Notes: generated from the sequence alone by a model not told the origin. Shown: positions 17,063 through 27,398, numbered from the stretch's first letter. The stretch: DNA of 64,000 nucleotides from an uncultured candidate division Zixibacteria bacterium (GCA_963664195.1 OY760907.1:1120001-1184000); one strand, 5' to 3'. A program made the numbers and translations.

Positions 17063-19888
17063 ATGGAGTCTGAAATGTCTCGTTCGATTCTTACCGTTGC
17101 AATGCTCATTCTTCTGACCGCATCGGCAGCTTTTGCTGCGTCTGATCCGTCGTACTCACCCGGCGTGTCGGTTGACACCGTACCGTTTTATCCCGACGGT
17201 CAGTACAATGATGCCGTGCCTAAACCAGACAATTTCTTTGAACACGCGATCGGGCAATGGCCGCATCGTTATGCTGAGATGGTTGCATACCTGAAGGTAT
17301 TGGACACGGCCTGCGAGCGCGTGAGCCTTCAAAAACACGGCGAATCTTACGAGGGCCGCGACCTCTACAATGTATTCATCTCCTCTCCCGCGAATATCCA
17401 AAAGCTCGGTACAATCCGGAAATGGATCGATCAACTGGCCGACCCGAGACAACCGCTGACTGCAGACGAACTCGATAAACTGGTTGCGAATACCCCTGCG
17501 GTGGCCTGGCTGGGATACTCTGTCCACGGTGAAGAGATTTCCGGTGTCGACGCGGCAATCCAGCTCATCTATCAACTCGCAGCCGGGACCGATCCTGCTA
17601 CCATGTCAATTCTTGACAGTGTGGTGGTGATTGTCGATCCGAGCCAGAACCCCGACGGCCGTGAACGGTATCTTTCCATGCTCCAGTCATACCAGAGCGC
17701 GGTACCGAATTACAACCAGAATGCCATGCAGCACAACGGCGTATGGCCCTGGGGACGCGCCAATCACTACCTGTTTGATCTCAACCGCGACTGGATTCTG
17801 CTTCGGCAGAAGGAGACCGTCAGCAGAGTCGCCACGCTCTCGAAGTGGCACCCGCAGATTGTTGTCGACGGTCACGAGATGGGTTCAAACGCAACCTTTC
17901 TCTTCTCTCCCCCGCGCGAGCCGATCAATCACAACATCCCGAATCAGTATATGAAGTGGATGAAGGTGTTCGCCGACGATCAAGCCGCGGCCTTCGACAA
18001 ACGTGCCTGGTCCTACTACACCGGCGAATGGCATGAGCAATGGTATCCGGGCTACGCCTCAGCCTGGCCGACCTACTCCGGAGGCATTGGCATCCTCTAC
18101 GAAATGGCGGGAGTCGACGGCAAGTTCGTGAAGCAGCAGGATGATTATCTCCTGTCGTACCACGAGGCAGTCAACAAACACTTCACGTCATCGCTGGCCA
18201 ACCTCGCAACGCTGGTAGCAAACAAGCGAGCGATCCTAAAGGATTACTACGAGACTCGCAGGCAGATTGTCGACAAGGGGCGTCAAACCAAACTCGCCTA
18301 TCTCTTCAAGCCGGATCGGGACGAGTTGAAAACGAAACGGTTCATCGAGAGTCTGACCGGTCAGGGAATCGAGGTAAGTCGAGCGACGGCCGATTTCAAA
18401 GTGGCCTCTGCTTTGAATTCACACGGTACAAAAAAGGACCAGGCAACATTCCCCGAAGGCACCTACATCATATCCACCGCTCAGCCGATGGGCGCGCTGG
18501 CCAAAGGTGTGTTGGAGTTCGATCCGAGACTGTCGCTTGACTTCCTGAAAGAAGAACGTCGCGAGATTGAGAAACATAACGATACGCGCATGTACGAAGT
18601 CTCTGCCTGGTCTCCAGCGTTGGCCTACGATATGGATGCCTGGCAAACAACCTCGACAATCTCCGCTCCGACAGAATCTGTCACCGAAGTCGAGATGTCC
18701 GGCGGGAAGCTGTTCAATCCCGAAGCGCAGTTCGGATTTGTGGTGGATATGGTCGGCGAGAAAACCAACCGGATGCTCGTGCAGTTGTTCCAGAATGATC
18801 TGATCGTAAGGGCATCGGAGAAGGCGTTTACAATCGAGGGCCGTCAGTTCGTACCCGGATCGCTGGTACTGCTCAAGCGCGGTAATCGGGACGATATGCC
18901 TCAGACACTGGCAAACCTGGCGAGTGAAATCGGTCTCGACATCTTCGGCGTCAACTCGGGCAACTCAAGCCAGGGATCATTGCTCGGTGCACCGACTTTC
19001 CGGCTGCTTCGCAAACCAAAAGTTGGCATTCTCGCCGGCAACGGCATAGACTACACATCGTTCGGAGCACTGTGGTATGCTATGGATCAGGAATTGGAGA
19101 TTCCGCACTCGCTGGTCAATCTGGATTGGCTTCACGAGATTGATCTGAGCCAGTACAACGTGCTGGTAGCGCCCTCAAGCTGGGGACCGTTTTTCACCCA
19201 CATCGGTGAAGGGGGTGGAGCAAAGATCAAGGAATTCGTCGAAGACGGCGGCACGCTGATCTGCATGGGGAATTCCGCGGTCTGGGCGACAGACTCGGCC
19301 AGGGGGATTTCACAGGTTCGCTTGCGACGACAGGTACTCGACAAGCTGGCCGAGTATGACCTCGGAGTAAGCCGCGAGCGCCAGGCCGAGGCTCCGGTCA
19401 TTGATACGATGGCCATCTATCACCCCGACAAAGTTGCGGTCGAGGGGAAAGAGGAAGAGAAGGTCTCAAACCCCGGTCTTGAAAAGACGAAAGAAGCCGA
19501 CGAGTGGGCACGCAAGTTCCATCCCCGCGGCGTCATTATGAAGGCCACGCTCGACACCGAAGACTGGCTGGCGTTTGGTATGGGAGAGTCGGTGCCGGTG
19601 ATGGTGTACTCGCAAAACGTATTCATGGCCAAAGGCCCGGTGAAAACCACGGCTCGCTTTGCTGATGTCAACGACCTTCGCTTCTCCGGCCTCCTCTGGC
19701 CGGAAGCCCGTCAGCGCTGGGCGAATACGGCCTACACCACACGGGAGCGAAAGGGCAAAGGCCAGATCATCCTATTCGCGGACGACCCGGACATGCGGGC
19801 ATATTTCTACGGCAGCCGGCAGTTGTTTGTCAACGCATTGCTGTACGGCCCCGGCATGGGCAGCAGGTTTGACGGCCCTTACGATTGA
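17063..19888 (+). CDS. Secreted M14 zinc carboxypeptidase-like protein with C-terminal GATase1-like domain
   Basis: Signal peptide; VHGEE (HxxE), NPDG, DLNRD, DGHEMG. Confidence 0.9.
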   Translation: MESEMSRSILTVAMLILLTASAAFAASDPSYSPGVSVDTVPFYPDGQYNDAVPKPDNFFEHAIGQWPHRYAEMVAYLKVLDTACERVSLQKHGESYEGRDLYNVFISSPANIQKLGTIRKWIDQLADPRQPLTADELDKLVANTPAVAWLGYSVHGEEISGVDAAIQLIYQLAAGTDPATMSILDSVVVIVDPSQNPDGRERYLSMLQSYQSAVPNYNQNAMQHNGVWPWGRANHYLFDLNRDWILLRQKETVSRVATLSKWHPQIVVDGHEMGSNATFLFSPPREPINHNIPNQYMKWMKVFADDQAAAFDKRAWSYYTGEWHEQWYPGYASAWPTYSGGIGILYEMAGVDGKFVKQQDDYLLSYHEAVNKHFTSSLANLATLVANKRAILKDYYETRRQIVDKGRQTKLAYLFKPDRDELKTKRFIESLTGQGIEVSRATADFKVASALNSHGTKKDQATFPEGTYIISTAQPMGALAKGVLEFDPRLSLDFLKEERREIEKHNDTRMYEVSAWSPALAYDMDAWQTTSTISAPTESVTEVEMSGGKLFNPEAQFGFVVDMVGEKTNRMLVQLFQNDLIVRASEKAFTIEGRQFVPGSLVLLKRGNRDDMPQTLANLASEIGLDIFGVNSGNSSQGSLLGAPTFRLLRKPKVGILAGNGIDYTSFGALWYAMDQELEIPHSLVNLDWLHEIDLSQYNVLVAPSSWGPFFTHIGEGGGAKIKEFVEDGGTLICMGNSAVWATDSARGISQVRLRRQVLDKLAEYDLGVSRERQAEAPVIDTMAIYHPDKVAVEGKEEEKVSNPGLEKTKEADEWARKFHPRGVIMKATLDTEDWLAFGMGESVPVMVYSQNVFMAKGPVKTTARFADVNDLRFSGLLWPEARQRWANTAYTTRERKGKGQIILFADDPDMRAYFYGSRQLFVNALLYGPGMGSRFDGPYD

Positions 19889-19907
19889 AGGCTTCGCGAG
19901 TAGACTT

Positions 19908-20000
19908 CTGAGAGGCAGACACGGTAGCAACCGAATACCTGCCTCTCAGGAAACACACCGCGTCCCCGGGGCCACCAGTGGCCCAGGGACGGGGTGTGTT
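19908..20000. terminator. Two stem-loops downstream of the M14 peptidase gene
   Basis: CTGAGAGGCAG..CTGCCTCTCAG (19908-19949) and long imperfect hairpin AACACACC..GGTGTGTT (19952-20000). Confidence 0.5.
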
Positions 20001-20260
20001 CTTCATCCTACAGCTTCCCCTCCGCGCCTGCCAATTTTCCGTAGGGTAACGCCCCTCACCCATGCCCTAAAATCTTACAATCCGACTCACCGACACCAAT
20101 TGAATCACGATACCGCCAAGCATATCCAACATAGCAGACGTATTTCTCTCATGGGGGCAACAGACCGGGTCAGCCCCGGACCCCCGCCGCAAACCCAGAA
20201 GATACACACAGTACCTGACATCAAAACACGATACTGCTCGAATATTATGAGGAGTCAAAC

Positions 20261-21232
20261 ATGAAACGTGTCTTTGTCACCGGAGGCGCCGGCTTCGTCG
20301 GATCGCACGTGGTAGCGCAGCTCGTCGAAAAGGGTTATGAAGTGATCGTATTCGACAGGCTGAGCCAATACCTCATCCCCATCGATCACTCGTATGTCAA
20401 TCATATGGAGTATCGCCTGCAAAACCTCCTGCAGGGTTGTACGACCATCAGGGGAAACACGCTGAACAAAGACAACCTGAGACGAACTCTCCTGGACGTG
20501 AAGCCCGACATTATCATCCATCTCGCGGCCCTCCCCCTCGCTAATCTCGCCATCAAAGACAGTGAGGAGGCATTCTACACCATTATCCAGGGAACGGTGA
20601 ACCTGCTGGAAGTCCTCCGGGATGTTGATTTCGTTTCCAAATTCGTGTTCACTTCTTCGTCGATGGTGTACGGCGATTTCGTTCAGGATCCCATACCCGA
20701 AGACGCCCCCAAGCAGCCGAAGGATATCTACGGTGGAATGAAGCTGGCCGGCGAAGTGCTGGTGAAAACGTACGCACGGCGATATGACATAGGGTACAAT
20801 ATCATCCGTCCGTCGGCAGTGTACGGTCCGTCTGACATCAACCACCGTGTCCTGCAGAATTTTGTCGAGGCTGCCCTCAACGGCAAGCCCCTTCAGGTTG
20901 TTGACGGCGGCAAAACACGTCTGGACTTCACCTACGTGGAAGACATCGCCCAGGGAATCCGATTGGCCGCAACCGTCGACGAGGTCACGAACGAGGAATT
21001 CAACCTCACCCGGGGCGAGGCCCGCACCCTGTCGGAAGCGATTGAGATCATCAGGAGTCACATCGGCCATGTGGAAGTGAATCACGTTGAACAAGAGGCG
21101 TTCCGCCCGAAACGCGGTGCCCTCGACATCAGCAAAGCGAAAAAGCTGCTGGGGTACAACCCCAAGTACAGACTGGAGGAAGGCCTGGCCAAGTATATCA
21201 GATTCGTTAAAGACGTTACACTGGCGGCGTAA
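20261..21232 (+). CDS. NAD-dependent nucleotide-sugar epimerase/dehydratase
   Basis: TGGAGFVG, TSSSMVYG, YGGMK, DFTYVED. Confidence 0.93.
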   Translation: MKRVFVTGGAGFVGSHVVAQLVEKGYEVIVFDRLSQYLIPIDHSYVNHMEYRLQNLLQGCTTIRGNTLNKDNLRRTLLDVKPDIIIHLAALPLANLAIKDSEEAFYTIIQGTVNLLEVLRDVDFVSKFVFTSSSMVYGDFVQDPIPEDAPKQPKDIYGGMKLAGEVLVKTYARRYDIGYNIIRPSAVYGPSDINHRVLQNFVEAALNGKPLQVVDGGKTRLDFTYVEDIAQGIRLAATVDEVTNEEFNLTRGEARTLSEAIEIIRSHIGHVEVNHVEQEAFRPKRGALDISKAKKLLGYNPKYRLEEGLAKYIRFVKDVTLAA

Positions 21233-21236
21233 TCTT

Positions 21237-22358
21237 ATGGGGGAGACAACTACTATTAGCGGCATGCCGTTTTTTGCGGCACAAAGAGAATACGACCACC
21301 ACCGCGAAGAGTTCGAGTCGGCAGTAGTCTCGGTCTTGCAACACGGACGACATCTTCAGGGAACCGAGATTGCCCGATTCGAAGACCTGGTCGCACAGAA
21401 AACGGGCCGGAGACACGCCGTGGCGGTGGGGAGTTGTACTGACGCTCTCCACTTCTCCCTCATCGCGGGCGGCATCCAACCGGGTGACGAAGTCCTGGTG
21501 ACCTGCTTCTCGTTCATTGCCTCGGTTAGTTGCATCGTCAGGGCCGGAGCAGTCCCGGTCTTTGTTGACATCGGCGAGGATTTCCAGACCGATCTCGACA
21601 AAGCAGCGTCGTTGATTACAGACAAAACGAAAGCGATACTCTACGTGCAGCTATTCGGCAACATGGGCAAACCGAACGACGTAGAGACATTCGCCGAGAA
21701 GCACAACCTGCTATTGATTGAGGATGCCGCCCAATCACTCGGCGCGGCATACAAGGGACAACGGTCAGGTTCCGTAGGATCGGTCAGTTGCTTCAGTTTC
21801 GACCCGACCAAGGTGCTCAGCGCACCCGGGAGCGGCGGACTGGCGCTGATCGATGATCCTGCGGTTGCGGAAGAAATTCGCGGACTTCGCTACCACGGCA
21901 AACAAAACGGCTGTTTCCAGCGGATTGGATTCAACTCACAGATGTCCAGCATCAGTGCCAGTCTGCTGACGGTCAAGCTCTCCCACGATGATGACTGGCG
22001 CAGGCGACGCAACGCTGTCGCCGCACAATATAGAGAGCAACTTGACGGATTAGGACTGGAGTTTCCTCCGCATCCGGCAGAGGTCGAGCACGCGTATCAC
22101 AAGTTCGTGCTGAGACATCCCTGGCGAGATACTATTGTCACTCAATTGAAGAAGCGTAACATCCCGGTCATGATCCATTACGACAGTCTGATTCCGGACC
22201 AGCCGGCGTTGAAGACGGTGGTGCATCGCTGCGGTGATCTTACGATGGCGAACGAAATCGTGCGTGACGTGTTCTCGCTGCCGGTACATCCGTTCCTGAC
22301 CGACGACGAGATAGACTTCATCTGTATGGCGGTGAGAAACATCGTTAACTCATTGTAA
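21237..22358 (+). CDS. DegT/DnrJ/EryC1/StrS sugar aminotransferase
   Basis: GDEV, IEDAAQSLGA, FSFDPTK (PLP lysine), SLPVHP; start taken at the ATG just after the epimerase stop. Confidence 0.93.
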   Translation: MGETTTISGMPFFAAQREYDHHREEFESAVVSVLQHGRHLQGTEIARFEDLVAQKTGRRHAVAVGSCTDALHFSLIAGGIQPGDEVLVTCFSFIASVSCIVRAGAVPVFVDIGEDFQTDLDKAASLITDKTKAILYVQLFGNMGKPNDVETFAEKHNLLLIEDAAQSLGAAYKGQRSGSVGSVSCFSFDPTKVLSAPGSGGLALIDDPAVAEEIRGLRYHGKQNGCFQRIGFNSQMSSISASLLTVKLSHDDDWRRRRNAVAAQYREQLDGLGLEFPPHPAEVEHAYHKFVLRHPWRDTIVTQLKKRNIPVMIHYDSLIPDQPALKTVVHRCGDLTMANEIVRDVFSLPVHPFLTDDEIDFICMAVRNIVNSL

Positions 22359-22443
22359 ACGAGACGCCGTACATCCTGTGAGGGTGGTGTGCGGTTTCTC
22401 ATTGGTGCGCTCAGTTGTGGGCCGTAGTCGTAGAGGGTTCGGC

Positions 22444-23199
22444 CTACGATCGTCGGCTCTCAGCCAACCGGCGCCACCATCGCCAGACAATCTCTTTCGA
22501 TCCGTACCAGGGTAGTCCAAACACTTTGTCGTGGTAGACGCCATCCATCGTGTAGCGCGACATACCGTCAGCAAACATCGATGACATCGGGATCATGCAG
22601 TCGCCGTCTTGTGAACCGTTCCTGCCGTGCAGCTTGTACGAATAGTAGGCTCGGCGACGAGCGCCCGGTTTCCGTCTGTCCCCCGACATTACGTTACCCG
22701 CAACCGCCAGACAGTTCACCGAGGCGATGCCGTCGGCGATTCTTCCTCGCTCCTTAGTCAGCCCAGAAACACACGAAACGATTCGGCTGCCGTGGGGACT
22801 ACCGAGCGTCACGAAGTCGCTGACGTACAGAATCCCGCTTGAAGAGGTGCCGTCATAAGAGGCGTCACCGAGATAGATGCGTCCCACTATCCCTCCGGCA
22901 CTGTGTGCGACAAGGGTAACGGTGCCGGTATGCGATTCTGAGGCTACCTCGGTCACGGTCTGCTCCAGTTTATCGACAATCCATCGCCAACCGAAAGGAC
23001 CAAAAGTCGGCAGCCAGTCGTGCAGGTAAACCGGAGCCGTGACACAGGGTTGGCCGGTCAGTTCCTCGATAACGAGACGCATATCTTCGTAGTGTCCCGG
23101 ATTCGACAGATACCCCCCAACTATGACCGTCGGTTGAGGACATGGGTTAGTGAGCTCCCGGCGGGGCAACCCGTCGCCGGAAAACGACTGAGTCAACAT
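22444..23199 (-). CDS. Alpha/beta hydrolase (lipase/PGAP1-like); start uncertain
   Basis: AHSAGG nucleophile elbow, VTLGSPH.G, DGDCMIP, YH. Confidence 0.75.
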   Translation of the reverse strand: MLTQSFSGDGLPRRELTNPCPQPTVIVGGYLSNPGHYEDMRLVIEELTGQPCVTAPVYLHDWLPTFGPFGWRWIVDKLEQTVTEVASESHTGTVTLVAHSAGGIVGRIYLGDASYDGTSSSGILYVSDFVTLGSPHGSRIVSCVSGLTKERGRIADGIASVNCLAVAGNVMSGDRRKPGARRRAYYSYKLHGRNGSQDGDCMIPMSSMFADGMSRYTMDGVYHDKVFGLPWYGSKEIVWRWWRRLAESRRS

Positions 23200-23659
23200 C
23201 AATTGCCTGTCCGTCCACCGTACGCACGGTACCAATGGTCACGCTTACTTCGTCAGCGCTTTCCTTTCGCGCGTCATCAGCGACGAGGTAGACGATACGA
23301 ACTTCCTCCCCTCTGGGTATCGTGTATACCGAATCTTTGACCTTGCTGAAACTTCCATCAATGACGCTACAATCTGGGAAAGGGATGCCTCCCTCGGATA
23401 CAGCGAACTGAGAGGCGTCATACAGCAACATATCGTGTGTGTAGTTTCGGACTACCAGCTTGATGAGTACAGAAGATGGCTTGGCGCTGGACACCATCAG
23501 CCAGTAGCCGATGCCGTCGAGTTTGCGATAGTAGTCTCGAAAACCGAGATCCAAGACTATTAGTTCGTGGTCGTTGGTGTCATAATGAACGAGCGTCGAA
23601 TAGCTACAGGACACCGCAACAGCCGCTAAGAGTACTGCCACAACGCACAACGATCTCAT
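23147..23659 (-). CDS. Hypothetical lipoprotein
   Basis: MRSLCVVAVLLAAVAVS-C lipobox; GAGGAGG RBS. Confidence 0.75.
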   Translation of the reverse strand: MRSLCVVAVLLAAVAVSCSYSTLVHYDTNDHELIVLDLGFRDYYRKLDGIGYWLMVSSAKPSSVLIKLVVRNYTHDMLLYDASQFAVSEGGIPFPDCSVIDGSFSKVKDSVYTIPRGEEVRIVYLVADDARKESADEVSVTIGTVRTVDGQAIDVDSVVFRRRVAPPGAH

Positions 23660-23715
23660 AACTTCCCTCCTCAACAATTCGTAGTCTAGCAGGTTGTCGC
23701 TCTGTCGAATCCCAC

Positions 23716-24456
23716 CTACATACTCAACTTCTTGAAAACGCCTTCGGGGATGTGGCGGACAATCGTCATGATGCAACGCCAAAAACCCGGCAAATACACC
23801 ACGTCCTTTTTCTTGTCAATTGCCTTGACGATCCCCTTTGCGATCTGCTCCGGCTTGGCCCACAACAACCCCTTCTTCTCGATATGAGCCGTCATCGGCG
23901 TATCAACAAACCCCGGCTTGATCGTAATCACGTTCACGCCCGATTTCTGAAGGCGATTGCGAAGACCCGAAAGAAAAGCCGTCTTCCCCGCTTTCGAGGC
24001 ACCGTACACGTAGTTGCTCTGGCGTCCGCGGTCTCCGGCCACTGACGAAATCACCGCAATCGTCCCGTGACCCTGTTTCTCCATCCGGTTGGCGATCGGC
24101 GTCAGCAGCGACACCACCGAAGTAAAATTAGTCACCATCACGCGAGCCGCCTCGCGATAATCCTTCTCGCACTCCTTCTGGTCCGGAAGGATACCGTGCG
24201 CGATCAGCACAATATCCAGGCCGCCCATTATTTCGTATGCTTTGCCAATGAGCGTGTCATGCTGGCGGGTGTCGGTCAGGTCAACAATCGTGTGATCAAT
24301 TGAGGCTGCCCCGCGAACTTCGAGATCCTGCACCACTGCCTGGAGTTTTTTCTCGTCTCTTGCGACCAGAACGAGGGCATCGCCACGTGCCGCAAACATT
24401 TTGGCGGCCTCCTGTGCGATAGCCGAGGTGGCACCGATTATCAGGGCCTTGCTCAT
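23716..24456 (-). CDS. SDR oxidoreductase, DprE2-like
   Basis: IGATSAIA, SSVAG.RGR.SNYVYGASKAG, KPGFVDT.MT; immediately downstream of a DprE1-like gene. Confidence 0.85.
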   Translation of the reverse strand: MSKALIIGATSAIAQEAAKMFAARGDALVLVARDEKKLQAVVQDLEVRGAASIDHTIVDLTDTRQHDTLIGKAYEIMGGLDIVLIAHGILPDQKECEKDYREAARVMVTNFTSVVSLLTPIANRMEKQGHGTIAVISSVAGDRGRQSNYVYGASKAGKTAFLSGLRNRLQKSGVNVITIKPGFVDTPMTAHIEKKGLLWAKPEQIAKGIVKAIDKKKDVVYLPGFWRCIMTIVRHIPEGVFKKLSM

Positions 24457-24471
24457 GATCTGTTCTCCTGA

Positions 24472-25782
24472 CTATTTACGCGTGACTCGTCGCCAGAAAC
24501 TCGACGAGAACTTCGGATCGATATGCGTCGCAAATTCATTCCAGTTTGGATAGTACGCCTGAAAATCCTCCGCGGACATGCAGGCATCCTTGGCCGAATA
24601 CAACCGACCGTTGGCGGCTCGAACAATTTCATCCAGCGTTTTGAACAGCTTGAACGTCCGGTCCCCTTTGATCGGAAAGTCGAGCGCCAGCGTTACGCCC
24701 GATCTTGGGAACGAGATCATCCCCGGCGAAGGAACGTCGCCCATCACCTTCAACACCGCAAGGAACGAGCCGAGACCAGAGGCAGCGATCCTGCCGAGAA
24801 TGTCGGCAATCGCCGTCGCGTTTTCGTGCGGCACCACACACTGGTATTGCAGAAAGCCTCGCTTCCCATAGATGCGGTTCCAATTCTGCACGGCGTCGAG
24901 GGGGTAGAAAAACGGCTCGTAATCAATCTCGTTGCGCACGACCTTCTTGAACTGCTTGCCGTAGTAGAGCATATTGAACGCTTTGATGCTCAGGCGGTTG
25001 AGCGCAAACCCCGGAAAGTCTACAGGTACCCCTGCGGGGCCGGCTCCCTTCTTCGAAGATGACAGCTCACCGCCTGACGCATGGTTGCCCGCCATGAAAA
25101 TCCCGCGCCCGAGCGACTTCCCCTTGGCCAGGCAATCGATCCAGGCGACGGTATAATCACAACTCTGCTCAAACTCCTCAGAAAGAGAAGAGAAATCGCC
25201 CAGCGACCCGAACTTGGTCGCGGTCTGGCTGATCATGCGGCTGCTGATTTTCGTCAGCTTGATCTCCGCCCACGTGATTAACCCGGTCAACCCCATCCCA
25301 CCGACAGTAGCCGCATACAACTCAGGGTTCGAATCCTCCGAGCAGACGAGCCTGTCGCCCTCCGAGCGAAGAAGCTCGAACTGCGATACATGCCTGCCAA
25401 ACGTTCCGGCTCTGTGATGGTTTTTGCCGTGAACGTCGTTGGCGATCGCGCCGCCGACCGTAACGTATTTCGTACCCGGCGTGACCGGCAGAAACCAGCC
25501 GTGGGGAACAATGACCTCAAGTATCTCAGCCAGCGAGACGCCGGCCTCACATCTGAGAACGCCGGCGTCTACGTCAAGACTGATGAAGCGGTTCAGACCA
25601 CGAGTCGGGATCAGCCATTGACCGTCGTTTAGACAAACATCGCCGTAACTTCGCCCGAGTCCAAACGGCAGGACACTCGTGTCGATGCCATCAAGATTGA
25701 GCCTGTCGCCGGGCCAGTGGTGGGGGCGCAGGCGGTGTTGTGCTTTGGGGTATCTCCCCCAGGATTCGATTTCAGTCGTCAT
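24472..25782 (-). CDS. FAD-binding oxidoreductase, DprE1-like
   Basis: G.GRSYGD, LPVTPGTKYVTVGGAIANDVHGKNHH..G.FG.HV, WNRIYG..GF.QYQ, TLALDFP, Y.AKD. Confidence 0.9.
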   Translation of the reverse strand: MTTEIESWGRYPKAQHRLRPHHWPGDRLNLDGIDTSVLPFGLGRSYGDVCLNDGQWLIPTRGLNRFISLDVDAGVLRCEAGVSLAEILEVIVPHGWFLPVTPGTKYVTVGGAIANDVHGKNHHRAGTFGRHVSQFELLRSEGDRLVCSEDSNPELYAATVGGMGLTGLITWAEIKLTKISSRMISQTATKFGSLGDFSSLSEEFEQSCDYTVAWIDCLAKGKSLGRGIFMAGNHASGGELSSSKKGAGPAGVPVDFPGFALNRLSIKAFNMLYYGKQFKKVVRNEIDYEPFFYPLDAVQNWNRIYGKRGFLQYQCVVPHENATAIADILGRIAASGLGSFLAVLKVMGDVPSPGMISFPRSGVTLALDFPIKGDRTFKLFKTLDEIVRAANGRLYSAKDACMSAEDFQAYYPNWNEFATHIDPKFSSSFWRRVTRK

Positions 25783-25820
25783 GCTTTGGCGGCTACAACT
25801 CAGGCCGGTTACGCGCTGTC

Positions 25821-26324
25821 TTAGATTTCGGGGGCCTGCATATTGAAGGCCGCCCATTCTTCTTTCGAGGGGCCAAACAGTCCCGGTACTTTGAGACCGG
25901 CCTGACGCATCAAAACGGTCATCTGGCCGCGATGGTGTACTTCGTGCCGAATGAGAATACCACCGGTCACACCGCGTTTCCACTTCTCTCCGTACATCTC
26001 ATCCTCGACCTGCAAGTCCTCGTCCGTCCAGTTCGCCTTGATCTGCTCGCCAAGCTCTGTGCTTATCGCAGCATAGGCAGACTTGACCTCCCCGGCCGTC
26101 TTCGGAACCGGAGCTTTGTGGTCCAGCGAGGTTACTTTCAACCCGAGTTGGTTCATCATTTCGGGAATCGTAGTCGCAATGTGCCAGGCGACGCGCCCGA
26201 GCGTCCGATGATCGTCGGCCACTGCCTGTGACAGGCTGGCATCGGTCAATTCGTTCATCATCTTCTGCGTGCCCTCTGCCACCGCGGTCCAGTCTTTGAC
26301 AAATTCATCGATGGTCGTGTACAT
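25821..26324 (-). CDS. DinB family protein
   Basis: RTLG.VAWHI and HEVHHRGQ.TV..RQAG..VP. Confidence 0.9.
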   Translation of the reverse strand: MYTTIDEFVKDWTAVAEGTQKMMNELTDASLSQAVADDHRTLGRVAWHIATTIPEMMNQLGLKVTSLDHKAPVPKTAGEVKSAYAAISTELGEQIKANWTDEDLQVEDEMYGEKWKRGVTGGILIRHEVHHRGQMTVLMRQAGLKVPGLFGPSKEEWAAFNMQAPEI

Positions 26325-26405
26325 GTCTTTTCTCCTCTGTATGTTTGCAACTGAGCATTCTCGCTTCACAGCCGCAAGTATGCTGCAGCTTCCCTCCGCG
26401 GGCAA

Positions 26406-27365
26406 TCACATCTTGAACCGCGTACTCTTTGCCTCACCCAGAATTTTCTCGATTTTGTCCAGTATATCTGATGACAGCTCCACGCTTCCAGAAGCAAGGT
26501 TCTCCTCAAGCTGTTCGACCCTGGTAGCGCCGACTATCGCGCAGCTTATCTCCGGCCGCCTCAGAATCCAGGCCAGCGCCAGTTGCCCGACTGTCAGGTC
26601 AATCGATTTCGCCAGTTCGGACAGCTTCCTGACTTTGCCCAGGTTTTCCTCGTTGAGCTGTCCCGCCAGCCACATAGTATCTCCGCCGCGGGTGCCTTTG
26701 GAAGTACCGTCGTTGTATTTGCCGGTGAGCAACCCTTGCGCCAGCGGCGACCAGACAGTCACGCCGATTCCGTGACGAGCACACACCGGTAGAATGCGAT
26801 CTTCGATATGACGGTCCAGCATATTGTAGCGCGGCTGCTCCACCGACGGAAGGTACCGGTTCCAACGCTTGGCCTCTCCGACTGCCTGCTCGATTTCTTC
26901 CGCCTCCCACACCGAGGTCCCCCAGTAAAGCACCTTGCCCTGCTGAACGAGATCACTCATCGCCCGTACGGTTTCATCGACCGGCGTCTCCTTGTCAAAC
27001 CGATGGCAGTAGTAGATATCAAGATAGTCGGTACCGATCCGTTTCAGCGACTTCTCCACCGATTCCATGATATGCTTGCGGCTCAACCCTGCGTCGTTGA
27101 CGTTGTCCGACATCGGCCAGAATACTTTGCTCGAAAGCACGAGATCAGAACGGGTGTAATCTTTGATTGCCCTGCCGACAACCTTCTCGGCCTCCCCCTT
27201 GGCGTAGATGTCAGCGATATCAATGAAGTTGACTCCGGCCTCGACAGCCACCTTAATGATCTTGCCAGCGGCATCGGACTCAACCGAATTGCCGTAGGTC
27301 AACCAGGCACCGAGTGAGATTTCCGATATCTTCAGTCCGCTCTTTCCAACTCGACGGTACTTCAT
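26406..27365 (-). CDS. Aldo/keto reductase (Kv-beta-like)
   Basis: DIADIY..G.AE, GLSRKHI.ES..SLKR..TDY.D.YYCHR, WSPLAQG. Confidence 0.95.
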   Translation of the reverse strand: MKYRRVGKSGLKISEISLGAWLTYGNSVESDAAGKIIKVAVEAGVNFIDIADIYAKGEAEKVVGRAIKDYTRSDLVLSSKVFWPMSDNVNDAGLSRKHIMESVEKSLKRIGTDYLDIYYCHRFDKETPVDETVRAMSDLVQQGKVLYWGTSVWEAEEIEQAVGEAKRWNRYLPSVEQPRYNMLDRHIEDRILPVCARHGIGVTVWSPLAQGLLTGKYNDGTSKGTRGGDTMWLAGQLNEENLGKVRKLSELAKSIDLTVGQLALAWILRRPEISCAIVGATRVEQLEENLASGSVELSSDILDKIEKILGEAKSTRFKM

Positions 27366-27398
27366 GCGTCAGCCCCTCCTGAGAGTGTGAATCCGTTC

